The notes below the pieces were generated by a model. It ran no database searches and had not been told where the DNA came from. It saw nothing but the letters and a program-made list of their open reading frames with translations. DNA of 64,000 bases, from assembly GCF_037042905.1 (NCBI RefSeq), contig NC_087247.1, forward strand, positions 7,626,001-7,690,000, given 5' to 3'. Origin of the DNA: Lytechinus pictus. Lineage: Eukaryota. Made by a program: the position numbers and the translations under genes. Of this stretch, positions 38,863 to 52,373 are shown one piece after another (position 1 is the first letter of the stretch; every line of letters begins with the position of its first letter).

Positions 38863-39805
38863 CAATATCATATCTATTTTTGTTTTTCTTATTTCTTATT
38901 TTTTCTTATGCTTCTTATTTCTTCATCACTTAATTGATATCATTACTACTTTTGGCTGTTACTGAGCCAAGGGCATTAAATATAATCACAAATACAACTC
39001 AGAACTACTATATATCATGTCTGGAAAGCAAAAGACATTGAACTGTAAATGACTATTAAACAATTCAATTGGAAAGAATGAAAAGTGAATCATTTCAGAG
39101 CCATTCATTTATTGGTAATCATTCAAAGAATAATTTAATTAATTAACGAATCTGTCAACTAAAAAGAACTTGCTTTCAGACATTATATCATCTTCGTGGA
39201 GCTGTATTTCAATGATGATCATTAAAATAATTGAACATGGTTTGATGAATTTGATATGTATTACAGGTGACAATGTGACAGGATTGCCTCTTCAGCCAAA
39301 TGTGTAATGCTATTTTTGCTAAAATGCAATATCAATGTAATTGCATTATATTAAGACTGGACCAATATTACAGCAAGGGTGTGAGAAAAAGTTTCAATTT
39401 GCTTTTGTGCAATACTGATGTCATTGGAAATGAATTTATTTCTTTACATTTGTGTTCCTCATTAAATCTGCTACAGATAAGAAAATATCATTGTTTAATG
39501 GGATGCCTTTGATACCCAAGCAAACATAATATGGCTCCAACAGGACAATGATGATCAAATCATCTTCATGCTTCCTGGCACAGATAAAAAAAAAGCCGGA
39601 GATGAACAAGACAGTCATTTAATATTTCCACATTTTTTCTTTTGTTTTATGGTATGCTTGACTTCCATTATATACCAATGAATGAACACCATCTGTTCGT
39701 AGAATTATACATCATGGGGGAATCCCCACATCCGAGGTGATATCAAACAGCCCACCCATCCGCTCATTTCTAAATGTGATTGATCTTCAGAATGGCAAAA
39801 CTTTG

Positions 39806-40265
39806 AGGCTGTTCTCACTACGTTCCTAAAACTAGTTTACTGGAAACTAGTTGAGTGGAAAAAAGTTTAACGCGTAGTGAAAACGGTAAAAGCGGTCTTG
39901 GAAGAGATCTTCCAAACCAGTTCGAAAAACCACCTCACCTCAGTGTTCAAGATCACTTTGCCTCGTTACACTGGTTTTAGCATAAGTGAGAACACAACCG
40001 TTCTTTGGGAAGCGATCTTCGCACATTTTGAGCGCACTACTCCACACGACAGGTGTAGAATGCCTATGCTGCGGTTTCGAATTTCGCGGGAAACGTGTCA
40101 CCCCACTATAAGCATTTCCATAGCAACAAGAATGCTTTGCGTGAAGTGATTTTTAAAACCACTTTCGTGTGATCAAGAGGGAACGCTAGCAAAGCGGTCT
40201 TCCAAACTGGTTTCCTGAATGCGTTTCCAGTAAACTAGTTTTAGAAAGCATAATGAGAATGGCCT
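39806..40265. mobile_element. MITE
   Basis: TIR aggctgttctcactacgttcctaaaactagtttactggaaac / gtttccagtaaactagttttagaaagcataatgagaatggcct. Confidence 0.8.
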
Positions 40266-42195
40266 GTTTCATTCAGAATGTTTTAATGAGTTTGTAGAAG
40301 TGTGAGCGAATTCAGATTTGCATCTCTGTTGGAATCATCACCTGAAACTTCAAAATCAGATTGCAAACACGGAAAACATGTTTTTTTTTCAATTTGATGC
40401 TCTCACCATCACATTTGTTGAGGGTTTTTGTGACTTAAGCTTAAGCATATTTCAAGAATATTCACTATTTTAAACATAGCTAGTGCCTATGAATCATGCA
40501 CTTTGAACTCTTTTTTTTCTGATATTTGTTGAGGTTGCATTTGAAACACAACTCTTTCTGCAAAGGGCCATCAAAGTAGTTCTGTGACTTTAAACTTGCT
40601 AATGATAGCCATGAAGATAAATAATCCAAGAATAATCAAATACAAACCAACAAAATTAATTTAGCATTCTGTGGTTTGAATGGAATCAATCATCAGTCAA
40701 TGAATTAGTATTTGTAAAAAGATACATTTGGAGGAGAAAAGGTACATTCAGAGTTCAAAAGTTTATACCTGGGGTACTTCATTTCACAAAGCAAATATCA
40801 GTGGCAAGAAAAATAACATACTCTTACCAGCTCCTGAAATCCTGCATTACCATAACCTAGTTTTGTGATATCCAATACATTATAATAGATTTCTGCACAG
40901 ATCATCAATAATCATTTTTATATGGGGAAAGATCACTGCTTATCATATTCAAAGAAGAAAATTTGTGCTTAATGTGCAGAAATAAATCTGGTGATGAGAC
41001 ACGGTCTATTAATATTGGGTTTAAATATGTGACAAATTGCCGGTGTTGGAAAATGCTAACTTCAAAGGTACTTCACAAATTTGAACTTTAGCATAGTTTG
41101 TGAAAATTCTTTGGATTAAAATAATTATCATGTGGACATAAACCGTTCAATTTCATCATCATGATCACCACCACCATCATCACCACCACCAACCCCACCC
41201 CCACTGTATCCATACACTAAACAAAATTGTGAAAATCTAAAAGGTGTACTCGCTGCAAGAGCAATAAAATAAGAAAAATATATATTGTTTTTTTTTTGTA
41301 TGTTTTATTAAAATAAATCAACATAGTTACATTCCTATTGATGATCACGAGGTAAAGATTTCTTTATTTGCTGATGATTCTATGTGCTTTTGGATGGAAA
41401 TAAAACAAGATTAGTTTTGTGTATGTACATTAAGTATGGTATCTAGAGATAAACAATGACATGGGTAATTCTATGAGCCTCAAAAGACAATGCACACTCA
41501 GCGGAGCTCGCTCGGAGTGCATCTCCCAGACCTGGCATCTCCCATTCCTCCTGGCATGATATCAAAGTGATGAAATTTTTCAAGCCGTGCGTCATGGAAA
41601 TTTCCCTTTCTTTAAAACACCATGAACTTTTCACGGATGAACGATAACATCTGTGCTTCTAATAACATCAGGGGCATTCAGGACATCCTAAAAATGAGGT
41701 TAACCTAATAAATGAAAGTGTTTGCAAATGTGCAATATATTTTCAAAATTCTTATGGCTGTCCATGTCCAGACAGCCTATATTTAGCCATGAATTATTTA
41801 ACATGCTAGAGATATAAAAAGACATGAAAGACATGCTAGAGATAAAAAAATATGTCTGATTAATAAAAGTCTGTTAAGAAACATCAACTGAATTCCCCTA
41901 CCTGTACATAAATAAATCTTCATATCTGCACCTAAAAATATACTATACTACACACTAACTTTACATATTTTTTTGATATTGCATGTATGTACAGTATATA
42001 ACATCCAATTAGCTTATTCTTTTTTCATAAATTAATTAGTGATCTGATGATGAACAATGCCCTTTTGTGATTCATCCTTCCTGTTCTCCTCTTACTTGAT
42101 ATGTCCCTTCCCTACCAAGTCAGAAATACCCTTAACCTCCTAGTTCTAAGGTTCTTGCACAAAATGCACCTCTCTCCAATAACCTTCCTCTAGAG

Positions 42196-42644
42196 CAGCG
42201 CTTCTCAAACGGTGGGACGCGGCCCACTGGTGGGCCGCGGAGCTCTCTCAGGTGGGCCGCGAAAAGCTCCAGGGTGAGAAAAAAAATAGTAGAAAAACTG
42301 TTGTATAATTTCACAGACCTGTCCGAATATGGTATGTCCGATCAGTCTATGGCGGGTCAAGCAAAACTGAAGCACGCTTATAGGGTATCATGCATGTTGC
42401 AAAGCATGCACATGCACACTATGATGGTTTCAATGCAATTGTCGCCCATTTACCGGACATTTGCGAATGCAGATTAGTTCTCAATATGTTTGTTTCAAAT
42501 GTGATTCACAGCTTTGTGTTCAAATTTCTCATCAAAATTTATTCATCAAAATTGACGGGTTTTTTTTTTAATTTTGGTAGGTGGGCCTCAAAAAAATCTG
42601 AGGGTCAAAGTGGTCCTCGAGTAAAAAAAGGTTGAGAAGCGCTG
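42196..42644. mobile_element. hAT-Charlie-type MITE
   Basis: TIR CAGCGCTTCTCAA / TTGAGAAGCGCTG; 8-bp TSD CTCTAGAG at 42188-42195 and 42645-42652. Confidence 0.92.
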
Positions 42645-44861
42645 CTCTAGAGCCACTAGGTACTTTCTAAATCAGATTTTTAAATTGTGGTTAAAATAAA
42701 TACACTTCACTTTCTATGGACCACCAAGAACAATGGAGGAAGGATAGGTTACAGAAAAAATTAACTCCTTTATTGCAAAACACATTATAATTCCCTTCTG
42801 TTACCATGCTTATATGTGATTTTAATGAAATCTCAAGTATCATACTTGTTTGATCTTTTTCTCTATTTATTCAAATCGTCTTGCTATTGGCATGAGCTTG
42901 GCCTTAAAAGAACTTCTTCTCGTAGTACCCCTTATCCCCCTTTCTCATTCTATAACACATTAAATATAAAATTCTCTTTATAATTCTGATAGACTTTATA
43001 CATGGACAACAAGGTAGCCGCAGGCAATGGGTTATTATAACGGTGATGTTGAAAGTGTAGCGATTGCCAATATCAATCCAGTCGAAAACGGCTTGCGTGA
43101 CAAGATTAACTCAGCTTATCTCAATAACCTAAAGGTTATTCTATTCAAAGTATAATATAATCAGATTACAAGGCCTTAAATCGATCCAGAATAATTTAGC
43201 AAGGTGAAACGTAGACACTACGTAATCTACCCAATGATTGCGCAATTGGGTATTTCCACACATCGGAACTGCACCCCAGGACTTTAATAGGGTGCAGTTC
43301 TACTATTATGGAGCTCATCAATACACAGCGCCCCTTTCAGACATGTTTTATGATTTGAATATTCTAAAAGGTATTACCAAAGTCAAATAAATTTGAATCA
43401 CAAAAAATCCGTGCAACTTCAACGAGTTAGAAGAGGTAAGAATGCACACTTGTTTTGCATAATCTGGATTGAAAAAAATGATTTGAATATTAAAGGCAGA
43501 TATTCAAAGTTTTTCAAACTCATAGAAAGTTGACTTCAATATAATGCAGTTAACTTTATTTCACAATGCAGTTTACGCACAGCACAGGTAGTTTGCACAT
43601 GTGCAAGTCATTGATGCCACATTCACCTTTTATTTTGCATTTCAATCTAAAAAAAAATTCTGGCCTCATAAATTTAAAACATGGTTTATTGGCCGTTCCT
43701 TGTGAAATTGACATTATCGGAACTTATTATGAGTCTGTCAATAGTTCCTTTGTTACTACATCTACACAATTGAAACATTCGTATTTAATATTATACGCTG
43801 TAAAAACAATGTTTACAATTTTAAGCATGTTAGTTAAGCGGCTTAAGCCCATCACTCTAATAACTATTGTTTAAACTTTTTAAACAACTGTTCAAACTTT
43901 TTAAACAAGTTGTTTAAACAGTTAAAACAATTACAAAAAAGTTTAAACAACTTGTTAGAGTGACATGCTTAAACAATGTGCTCTTTTTTTTACTGCAAAA
44001 ATACAGATTACAAAAGAAATATTGACTTTGTGATGTGATCAAAGCTGTCATTTATCACAAACGTGCATGTCTACATGAATGTTCAATAATGTGAATCATA
44101 ATTAGTACTTAATAATTAGTGACTATTAAGCCCTACATATTTTTTTATATACTTATTCCATCAATTGGTTCTTTATCAATTTTACATTTGAAGTCATTAA
44201 GCGCCCTCTTTCAATAAAGTATTTAAATCATTTTTATTCGAATAGGGACAATTTCCCACCCCCATCATCAATATAGTGCAAGCCACATTCAACATTATTC
44301 TGAAATTTCCAGCCTATTCCTTGCCCAAGAAATGGCTTTTAATATAGACAAAACATTTAATGAATATATGCACTACTTCTCAGGCCTGTTTGGGGGATTA
44401 TAATAATATTGGGTATTATTATATTGCGCACATATCCACCTGGGTTGAGTGCAGCACACTGTGGATCAGTTTCTTGCTGAAGGAAATTACGCCATGGGTA
44501 GGGGCAGGAGTGTAGGAAAACTAAGATGTTTGTATCTTAAATCACCCGGTGTAAAAGTTTTAGGAAATACATATAACAGAAAGAGTAAATGTTTTTTATT
44601 GTAGAGTTGCTCATGTCTTTTTTATATAATTATCCTGTTCTATTTTTTTTTTTTACTTTCCCTATTTTTCCAGATGATTGTTTACGTTGGATTCTATTCA
44701 ATTTTTTGTACATATCATGAAAAAAAGGAAAGAGTAACTTCACACTACACCTTTAACTCTTATTACACTTGAAACCGGAAATATCGCTTACAAAGAAAAA
44801 CCACAAAGTATCGATTCCGATTTCATTCATACAAATAAACAATGCTAATTCAGTTCAAAGT

Positions 44862-45537
44862 GGGCCATTTCATACAGGTGCCAGTATTAAACTGGCACCT
44901 GTTTAATACTGTTTACGTACATCTGCACATGTGCGCAAAGTCCATGACTTTACGCGCATGTGCAGATTCAGATTTTAAAGTTTGGTTCCATTAAAGTTGA
45001 GATATGATCTTTCTAGATCAAAACTGATTGTAAGTACATGTAGATCTTAACAAGCATAAAATCTTCATTAATGTCCCTTGATTCTTTCTGCTTTGAAGTG
45101 CATAAAGGCACTATTTCTGCAAACATATTTCAGTATGCTTAAGAAAGTATTATACCGTTTTAATACTGACAGCGGAAGTGGAGTTATTCTGGAGTCCAGG
45201 AGTTACTCCACTTTGGAGGGCAGTATGAAAATTCTAGGATTATTTCGATCCAGATTCAAAGCAGAGTACTCAAACCACTTCGAGAAGATGGTTACAAACG
45301 GATTAATTAGTCCGCACGGGGAGTGCGGTATCGCCTATCTTGTGCGTAACTCCATTCATCGCCCCTTGGGGGAGATCCTGCGCACCACACATATGGCGCA
45401 AACTCAATTGGGAGCCATGGAAACGACTGCGGATACACCTGAAAGGGGGTGTCATGTCGGTCCGCAGTACAAGCGTATCAACTCAATCCGGAGTTACTCA
45501 GGAGTAAATTACACTTCGCTTCAGTATGAAAGTGGTA
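44862..45537. mobile_element. Non-autonomous DNA transposon overlapping ORF 45078-45605
   Basis: Imperfect termini ccatttcatac / gtatgaaagtgg and repeated ggagtta motifs. Confidence 0.5.
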
Positions 45538-45949
45538 TCCATCCATCACAGGATAAATCACAAATCCTTTACTTATATCAAAAGCAATATAGAGCTCTAT
45601 ATTAAGCTGCTTACTACTGGTCAACTAGTATCGTCTACTATCCAAGAACCACGAGACGATGAAACCTAATTTTTGGCTGGAAAAGGGTTTAAAAATTGGT
45701 AAATTTTAGTAAAATCACCTTTTAACTCTACAAATAATGGTTTAAAAGTACTAATTTTAGGAAAAACAAATTGCCTGCCCCCAAAACATAAGGATAGACG
45801 CCAAAACCAGAGAAAAAGACTTTGGGGGTTTTTGGCGGCCATTTTCCATTTTGTCTTTTGGCCCGCCACACTTTTTTCTCGGACCCGAGACAAAAACTAC
45901 TGTCCTTTCATGTTGAGATATTAAAGGTAAAATACAAAAAAACTGTTGC

Positions 45950-46870
45950 CAGAGTAAAACCCAAAATCACCCATTTATAGCCACTCCTACTTACAGGGAA
46001 GATTTCTTTATATGTTAAAATATTACACATACCTGAAATTCAAATCAATTCACTGATGGGTAAACCTGGAACCACAAATTAGATAAATGTCACCATATCT
46101 TTCATTTTCTCTTTGAAGAAAATAAAAAAGGCCTTAATGCGGTGGATGTTGAAATCACTATTAACCTACGTGTATGGAGTATTTTCAGTTTTCATTTGAC
46201 ATCCTTTGGAATTTCTATACATCTTTATACTCTGAACAGGAAAGCAGTCACTTTATACATTCCTACACTAAACCACAAACTTTACTTTTAAAGAGTAAAT
46301 ACAAAGCTTACAACAATAGTCAATCCTAGCTTTATTTCTTGGCTATAATAAAGAAGCAGAGCAGAGATATTGGTTAACTAGTGAGAAAAATTTGATAAAA
46401 AATGAAGTGGTTATGATGAATAGTGATTACTAATTTTAACAAATTTCCACATAGGTGAAGGCAGTGGCGTAATGAGCCAAAAATTTTGAGGGCAAGATAT
46501 CAGCCAAAATTAATTATTTTTTTAAAATTTGGGAGCAAGCGAAGCAAGCAAGGAAAAATTTAAATTTTTTATTTATAACAAAAATTAAATTTTTTGATAG
46601 ATTTTGACATAATATTCAGAAATCAATACCACATTTCATCCTCTTTTTCCTTTTCTCCTGCCCTCCCCCAGCCCCCCCCCCCCATCTGTACATTACTTGG
46701 GTGAAGCCTCAATTTCACCATTGCAATAATAAATAAACTTTTATTGAAACAAAAAAAAACTCCAGCAAAATCAAAGATTGAAAAGTTTGTACAGAATAAA
46801 TGGAAGGTAAGCTGGCATGACATAGAACAGAATTGAAAATTTGTGTTACTTGATCGTAACTTCCAAAAAT
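45950..46870 (+). pseudogene. TLR-like relic, LRR-CT and start of TIR
   Basis: FISWL (~46330) and KFVQNKWKVSWHDIEQN*KFVLLDRNF (46783-46863), resembling the TIR KLCLxDRDF motif. Confidence 0.4.
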
Positions 46871-46952
46871 TCAGACCTACAGTCAATTGCAGAGGTTTGT
46901 CTAGTACCGAACAAACCTCTGCAATTGACTGTAGGTCTACATGTAAGTCCCT

Positions 46953-47562
46953 TAAATGTCAAGTCCACCCCAGAAAAATGTTGATTTGAATAAAAAGAGA
47001 AAAATCAAACTAGCATAACACTGAAAATTTCAACAAAAACCAGATGTCAAATAAGAAAGTTATGACATTTTAAAGTTTTGCTTATTTTTCATAAAACAGT
47101 GATATGCCCAACTCAGTGATATGCAAATGAGAAAGACGATGATGTCCCTCACTCACTGTTTCTTTTTTATTGTTTTAATTATACAATATTTCAGTTTTTG
47201 CAGATTTGACAATAAGGACCAACTTGATTGAACCATATACATGTAGTATTAAACAATGCTAATTCCACATGTTCAGGGAGGAATTAATTGTTGTTTCACT
47301 TGACAATGAGGAGAAAATTGGAATATCTCATATTTTATATAATAAAATACAAAAGAAATAGTGAGTGGATGACATCAGTCTCCTCATTTGTATACCGATC
47401 AGGATGTGCATATAACTGTTTTGTGAAATAAAGCAAAACTTTGAAAATGGCCCATAACTTTCTTATTTTACATCTGATTACGATGAAATTTTTAGTGTTA
47501 TACTTGTTGGATTTTTCTCTTTTTATTAAAAACAACTTTTTATTGGGGTGGACGTGTCCTTT
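46953..47562. mobile_element. Kolobok-family MITE copy
   Basis: ttaaatgtcaagtccacccc...ggggtggacgtgtcctttca termini with long imperfect internal inverted repeats. Confidence 0.8.
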
Positions 47563-48769
47563 CAGCATGGAAGTAGCGATCAAATAAACTTGCCATGGCC
47601 AATCAAGTACATTGTTGCATGTATTTTTTGTGCAAAATTTTAACCAATAACTAATCAGAATTTGTTTCCATCAAATTTGTGATCGATTGCAAACACTGCA
47701 TTACCAGACCCATGTCATCGTAAATTAATGAAAACAAAATCATTGTACCAGTAACTCTACTTTAAGCTACCAATAAAAGCTAAGGATTTTCTCTTTAATT
47801 CCAGAGCTTTCTTAAAACCGGATATTATCAATAAATACAGACTAACCTCAAATACCATACATTTCATATCGTTAATTAATCTTTTTTAAATATTTATACA
47901 ATAATAAGGAGAAAAGAGGCTGTCATTTCCTGGCAATGTATACAAATGAATATTAACAGGATAGCACTTGGGTTTTTTTTTAATTAGAATAATTGCTTAA
48001 GTATTTCCCAACCTCCACCTAAGCCCTAAGGGCATTTCAAAAGCTTTAAAAGTTTAATACACATCCTGTTTCGTCACTCTAATCTCTTTATTCTATGCCA
48101 AAATGCCATTTTATAAACACTACTACAATGCATTTATCTATCAGTACATAATTATATACTTTCTGTGCATCTATTTTGCGCATTCTTTACAATGAGTAAC
48201 CAAAGGGCATAGGTTGAAAGAGATAAGCATGTAATTCATCTTGAATCATCATTTAATCAATCAATTTTATGATTAAACTGATTTTTAAAACCTGAATGTT
48301 TTAAAGTTGTCACACCCAAGGAACCAATATGTGGGTTTATCTTGACACACCCACATAGCAAAGTTGGGTATATTAAGATGTACAACAGTGCACATGTTAT
48401 TAACAGGGTGGTCCTTAAACACACAAACTGAAGTCTAAATGTGTTAAAGTGGGAATTCCCAATTTCAATCAATATATTTAAATTGTATTTTATAGATTAT
48501 TATACTTAAAAAATGTGTGGGTGTGTTTTCTTTATAAGTTTATAAACATTCTCTTCTCATGAAAATTAGTAAATACACAAATATCATACAATAACAGCAC
48601 AAAAAATACATGAGAGCGATGGATGATTTTGCCCTCATGATGATCTAAATCATCCCAAAGTTTCCCCGTGAAAATGGAATGCTTTGGGATGACCGCCTTT
48701 TCTAGAATCACCTCAAGATCTGCCACAAACAATATTCAAGAATATCTAAAAAATTTAAAAGTCTACATG

Positions 48770-50210
48770 TATGCGGCATATTGATATTTGCATTTACTGT
48801 ATAATTGCTGGTTGCACAACTTATGTAGCCTTTAAAAGAAATTCAGCAATCACCCCAATGTGGAAACAAATAACCCCTAAAAAATGTAATTTCCTCCCCT
48901 GTACTACATTCTTGGGCCAAATAAATATTTATAACATGGCACTAAGTTTAACAATTGTTCCGAGAATATACATCTGCAAACACTTCAACATTTTGAAATA
49001 TAAAATTATACCTTGGCCTCTTGACAATTATTCCAATTATGGGTACTTAAAAGAAATCATTTCCTTCTATGACTCAATCCATCTCCAATGAGGGAAGAAG
49101 AAGCTTGTTTTAAAAAACCTTTTAAAAAATGTATTATTTCCATTAAATAGCATTGTTATCGCCAACATTCACATGAGGTGCCAGGATTTGAATACAATCC
49201 ACCTGCTCCGAGGAATTTTTTTAACACAAAAATGTTAAATGCATATGGGCTATTACATTTCCTCATCCAAAGATAATTCCAGCTATTCTATTTAGATTGC
49301 AACCATACTGTAATAAAAAAAAATGCCATCATAAAATAAAACTTTAGTTTGATTCCAGAAGGAACTTCCTAAAATAAACGCTGGATGTTTGAATATCGCT
49401 ACCACTTTAATCTGTTTCCAAATAATGAAAAAAAAAGTATCAATAAAAACTCAGCCATCATCAGATTTTAATGCATGCATCTGTTCCAATTCCTCAAAAT
49501 ACAACCAAAGTTCATTTGGAAATTTGGAATTGAATTCTACAAGCCTTGAGCCTGGAAGGAAATGGTTTCCCATACTGTGCTGAAAGATATCAATTAATTG
49601 GAGGTGATACACTGAGTAATATGAGGAAAACAAATCTTATAGTGAAGAGGAAATTTAATTCAAAACCTCTTGGGTGAGAAAGATTACTCCAGAACAAAGA
49701 CAAAATTGTGAGCAAATTTCCTGAAACTGAAAGCATAACACAGGGGATTTTTCTTTTAGTTGTATTTCAAGAGAATGTAATTAGGGTTTCATACTATTAC
49801 TATTACTTGTATCAGACTCTGAAGATAACGTCAGTGCTTACCACAAGTATATATACAAGGACAGGGCTTTCATTGAAATACAATGAGACTTATAAACACA
49901 TCAATTCATGGAAAAAAATAAGGAGGAAGGAAATCCAACATTCTGAAAAGGACTAGCCTGATGACTATAAACAATTTTATAGAAGATTAGGATGAAATAT
50001 GACTTTTAATACGCAATAAATATTAACATGGTCGGATTTTACTCTGAACTTGATTGTATTGCCATATCTTCAATTGGAAGGGTGCGATTAATTGCAACTA
50101 AAAGGGAGATGCTATTCCAAGAGTGCTGTTATGCCGTCGGTATTTAATAAGAAGCTAGATATCTTTTCTAACAGGGCAAAGGAAACTAAAGCAGTGCACT
50201 TAGAAACAAT
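48770..50210 (+). pseudogene. Decayed LRR/TLR ectodomain relic
   Basis: LSLTIVP (ORF 48771, LRR-NT-like), ILQALSLEGNGF (49534), RGNLIQNL (~49645), LPYLQLEGC (50059). Confidence 0.45.
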
Positions 50211-50424
50211 CATCCAGCATCATCATCATCATCATAATTCCTAAGATGATTTTGCTTGTTATTTTACTGATCATGAAATCAATAAAACACTTAATTATAA
50301 AAAAAAAAAGATAATTCCTATGATGATGGTGATTGACATCACTATCATCAAAATAACCAATGCCATTATTATAACATTGTCATCATAATAACCACCGCCT
50401 CAACCACCATCATGATGAAGACCA

Positions 50425-51727
50425 TAAAGGATCGCATAGTTTTCAAAATTCTACTTTTGGTTTATCATATCAATGGATCAGCACCCGATCACAACAAGTC
50501 TCTTATACAATGGACCTATTACGAATGGACATTCAACGAATCCCCTCCTTTGACCCAAAGACCGTCGCCGCTAATCCTTTTATAAACAGAGCGCTGGCAG
50601 CTGACACCCATCAAGCCGGTCGTAAAACACGCTCTCACTGATGGACAGCGGAAATCAATTGTACGCTGCTCCTACCCATTGCGATGTTGTTCGTTCACTT
50701 TATCAAAAGCAACGCACAGCAGCGAACGTTAGCGCTATGAAAATGATAGCAGAAACAAGAAAACAGGCATGCATAAACGTATTTTTTACGTACATCGCTA
50801 ACAACCGGAAATGAAATGCATTGACATCACCTTGCAGATCCGTATATCTACGACAAAAAAGCAGTTGAAATTCGACGAAAAAATCTGCGGAAAAACGTTA
50901 AAATTTCATCTTTTTCGGACAGTATTGATGTCGATAGAAGCGCTTACCTTCGGTCAGAAGTTGATTTTCATTTGGGCATAAAATTCCACAGGATTGATGA
51001 AATTTAACGGGATTTTTTTTGATGGACAGACGACAGTCGCACATTATAGACAGCCTAAAATAATGTACTGAAAAACCGGATATGAATTGCGCATTGCATT
51101 CTAGGTAATGTAGGGACTTTCCCTATTGGCAATCAGGGCTACAACATGACCGTCTTTGGTCAAAAGAGGGCCAGTGATCGATCGGTGACGATCATCGGCC
51201 GAAAGGAGCTTGTGTAAACAATCGCCCCGGGCGGTCGTCGTATAAACCGCGTAAAGAGAAAGTTAAGGGTTAGACAGCAATTTTGACAGCTGGAAACAGG
51301 TGGTGGTCATAAAATGCTCTCGTTGAATGTCCATTCGTAATAGGTCCATGCTTATACACCACTATCAACCTGCACACACACTGCGATCATCCCAATCTAG
51401 TCTCTTACATATTCCACAATCTAATAAATCCTGGGGCGATCGAGCCTTTGCTCATGCCGGACCAGCCCTGTGGAATTCACTACCACAGGAGCTGAAGAAC
51501 TCAAACTCTGCAATATCCTTTAAGGGCAACCTAAAATTGCATTTGTTCACCAGCAGGTACTAGGTTTGAAGACGGACATTTTTCCTCATTTGTAATTGAC
51601 CCTTTCTTGTACTTCTCTTAGTTCTCTTTACTTTTATGTTTTGCTCTCTTATAAGCGCCTTTAGCATTTACTCAAAATGGACAAGACGTTATATAAATCA
51701 TATGTATTATTATTATTATTATTATTA
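50425..51727 (+). mobile_element. L2 LINE 3' end with (TAT)n tail, split by a DNA transposon
   Basis: RIVFKILLLVYH left of the insert continues as HYQPAHTLRSS..WGDRAFAHAGPALWNSLP..FKGNLKLHLF (ORF 51327-51563). Confidence 0.88.
50510..51350. mobile_element. Non-autonomous DNA transposon, P-element-like
   Basis: 30-bp perfect TIR ATGGACCTATTACGAATGGACATTCAACGA; right end ...CCATG; duplicated target cttatac(a) at 50502-50509 and 51351-51358. Confidence 0.8.
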
Positions 51728-51796
51728 CCATCGTCATTACCAACACCAAAATCACAACCACCACCATTATGGCCATCATCATCATGACATTATTCG

Positions 51797-51925
51797 GGTC
51801 CTGTAACACAAAGTTTAGCAATCAACCATAGGCTTGATTTTCACGATTGATTGTACATCGCAGTCAATGGAATCAATCGTAGAAAAAGTTATACGGTCAT
51901 TACTATGCTTTGTGTTATGGGCCCC
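51797..51925. mobile_element. Short MITE
   Basis: gggtcctgtaacacaaag / ctttgtgttatgggccc. Confidence 0.7.
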
Positions 51926-51929
51926 AGGG

Positions 51930-52372
51930 CTAGAAGTTGTTACTTAAATCTATCAAGCTGTTAAGTCCCTGAGCTTTAACACAACTTCAAAGCAATCCAG
52001 CTAACCATTCCGTAATCCCAAAACACAGAATCATACAAACACACTCCTGAAGACGGACAGTCAACCTGCCCGAAACGTCGAGTCTCTCTACTACTCATCA
52101 TCTCTACTCGCCGACTCAAGCCAGCATCTCCTCATTAGCTCTACTACTCAAGCTGTTCTCAACTCATCAATCTTTCCTGGTTTACAGTCCTTTTCAGGAC
52201 TACTTTCAAGAAAGAATACTCTACTCTCAAATCTCCACTTTCTCGCCTATCCATTTCTTCTCTTCTTCTATCCACTGTTTCTATAACACTTCACATGGTG
52301 TACCGTAAACCACATCAGCGATTGTACATACCACCATGCAAACCTTCAAACAACATCTGACACAGCTGCATG
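51930..52372 (+). mobile_element. Penelope-like element pLTR fragment
   Basis: Contains a minimal hammerhead motif followed by a pyrimidine-rich 5'-UTR-like tract; boundaries approximate. Confidence 0.55.
52043..52083 (+). ncRNA. Minimal type I hammerhead ribozyme
   Basis: ACTC-CTGAAGA-C-GGACAG(TCAAC)CTGCCC-GAAAC-GTC-GAGT: complete core, stems I and II, palindromic ACGT stem III, GUC cleavage triplet. Confidence 0.75.
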
Positions 52373-52373
52373 A

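Larger units (their letters stand above)
39000..43200 (+). pseudogene. Decayed LRR/TLR ectodomain relic(s)
   Basis: LNVIDLQN (39770), KINLAFCGLN (40652), EFKSLYLGYFISQ (40751), YLNNLKVILFKV*YNQIT (43117). Confidence 0.45.

Noticed and set aside
45078-45605. Longest ORF in the track (175 aa)
   Set aside because: Lies mostly within a non-autonomous repeat; no recognisable domain; TTG start.
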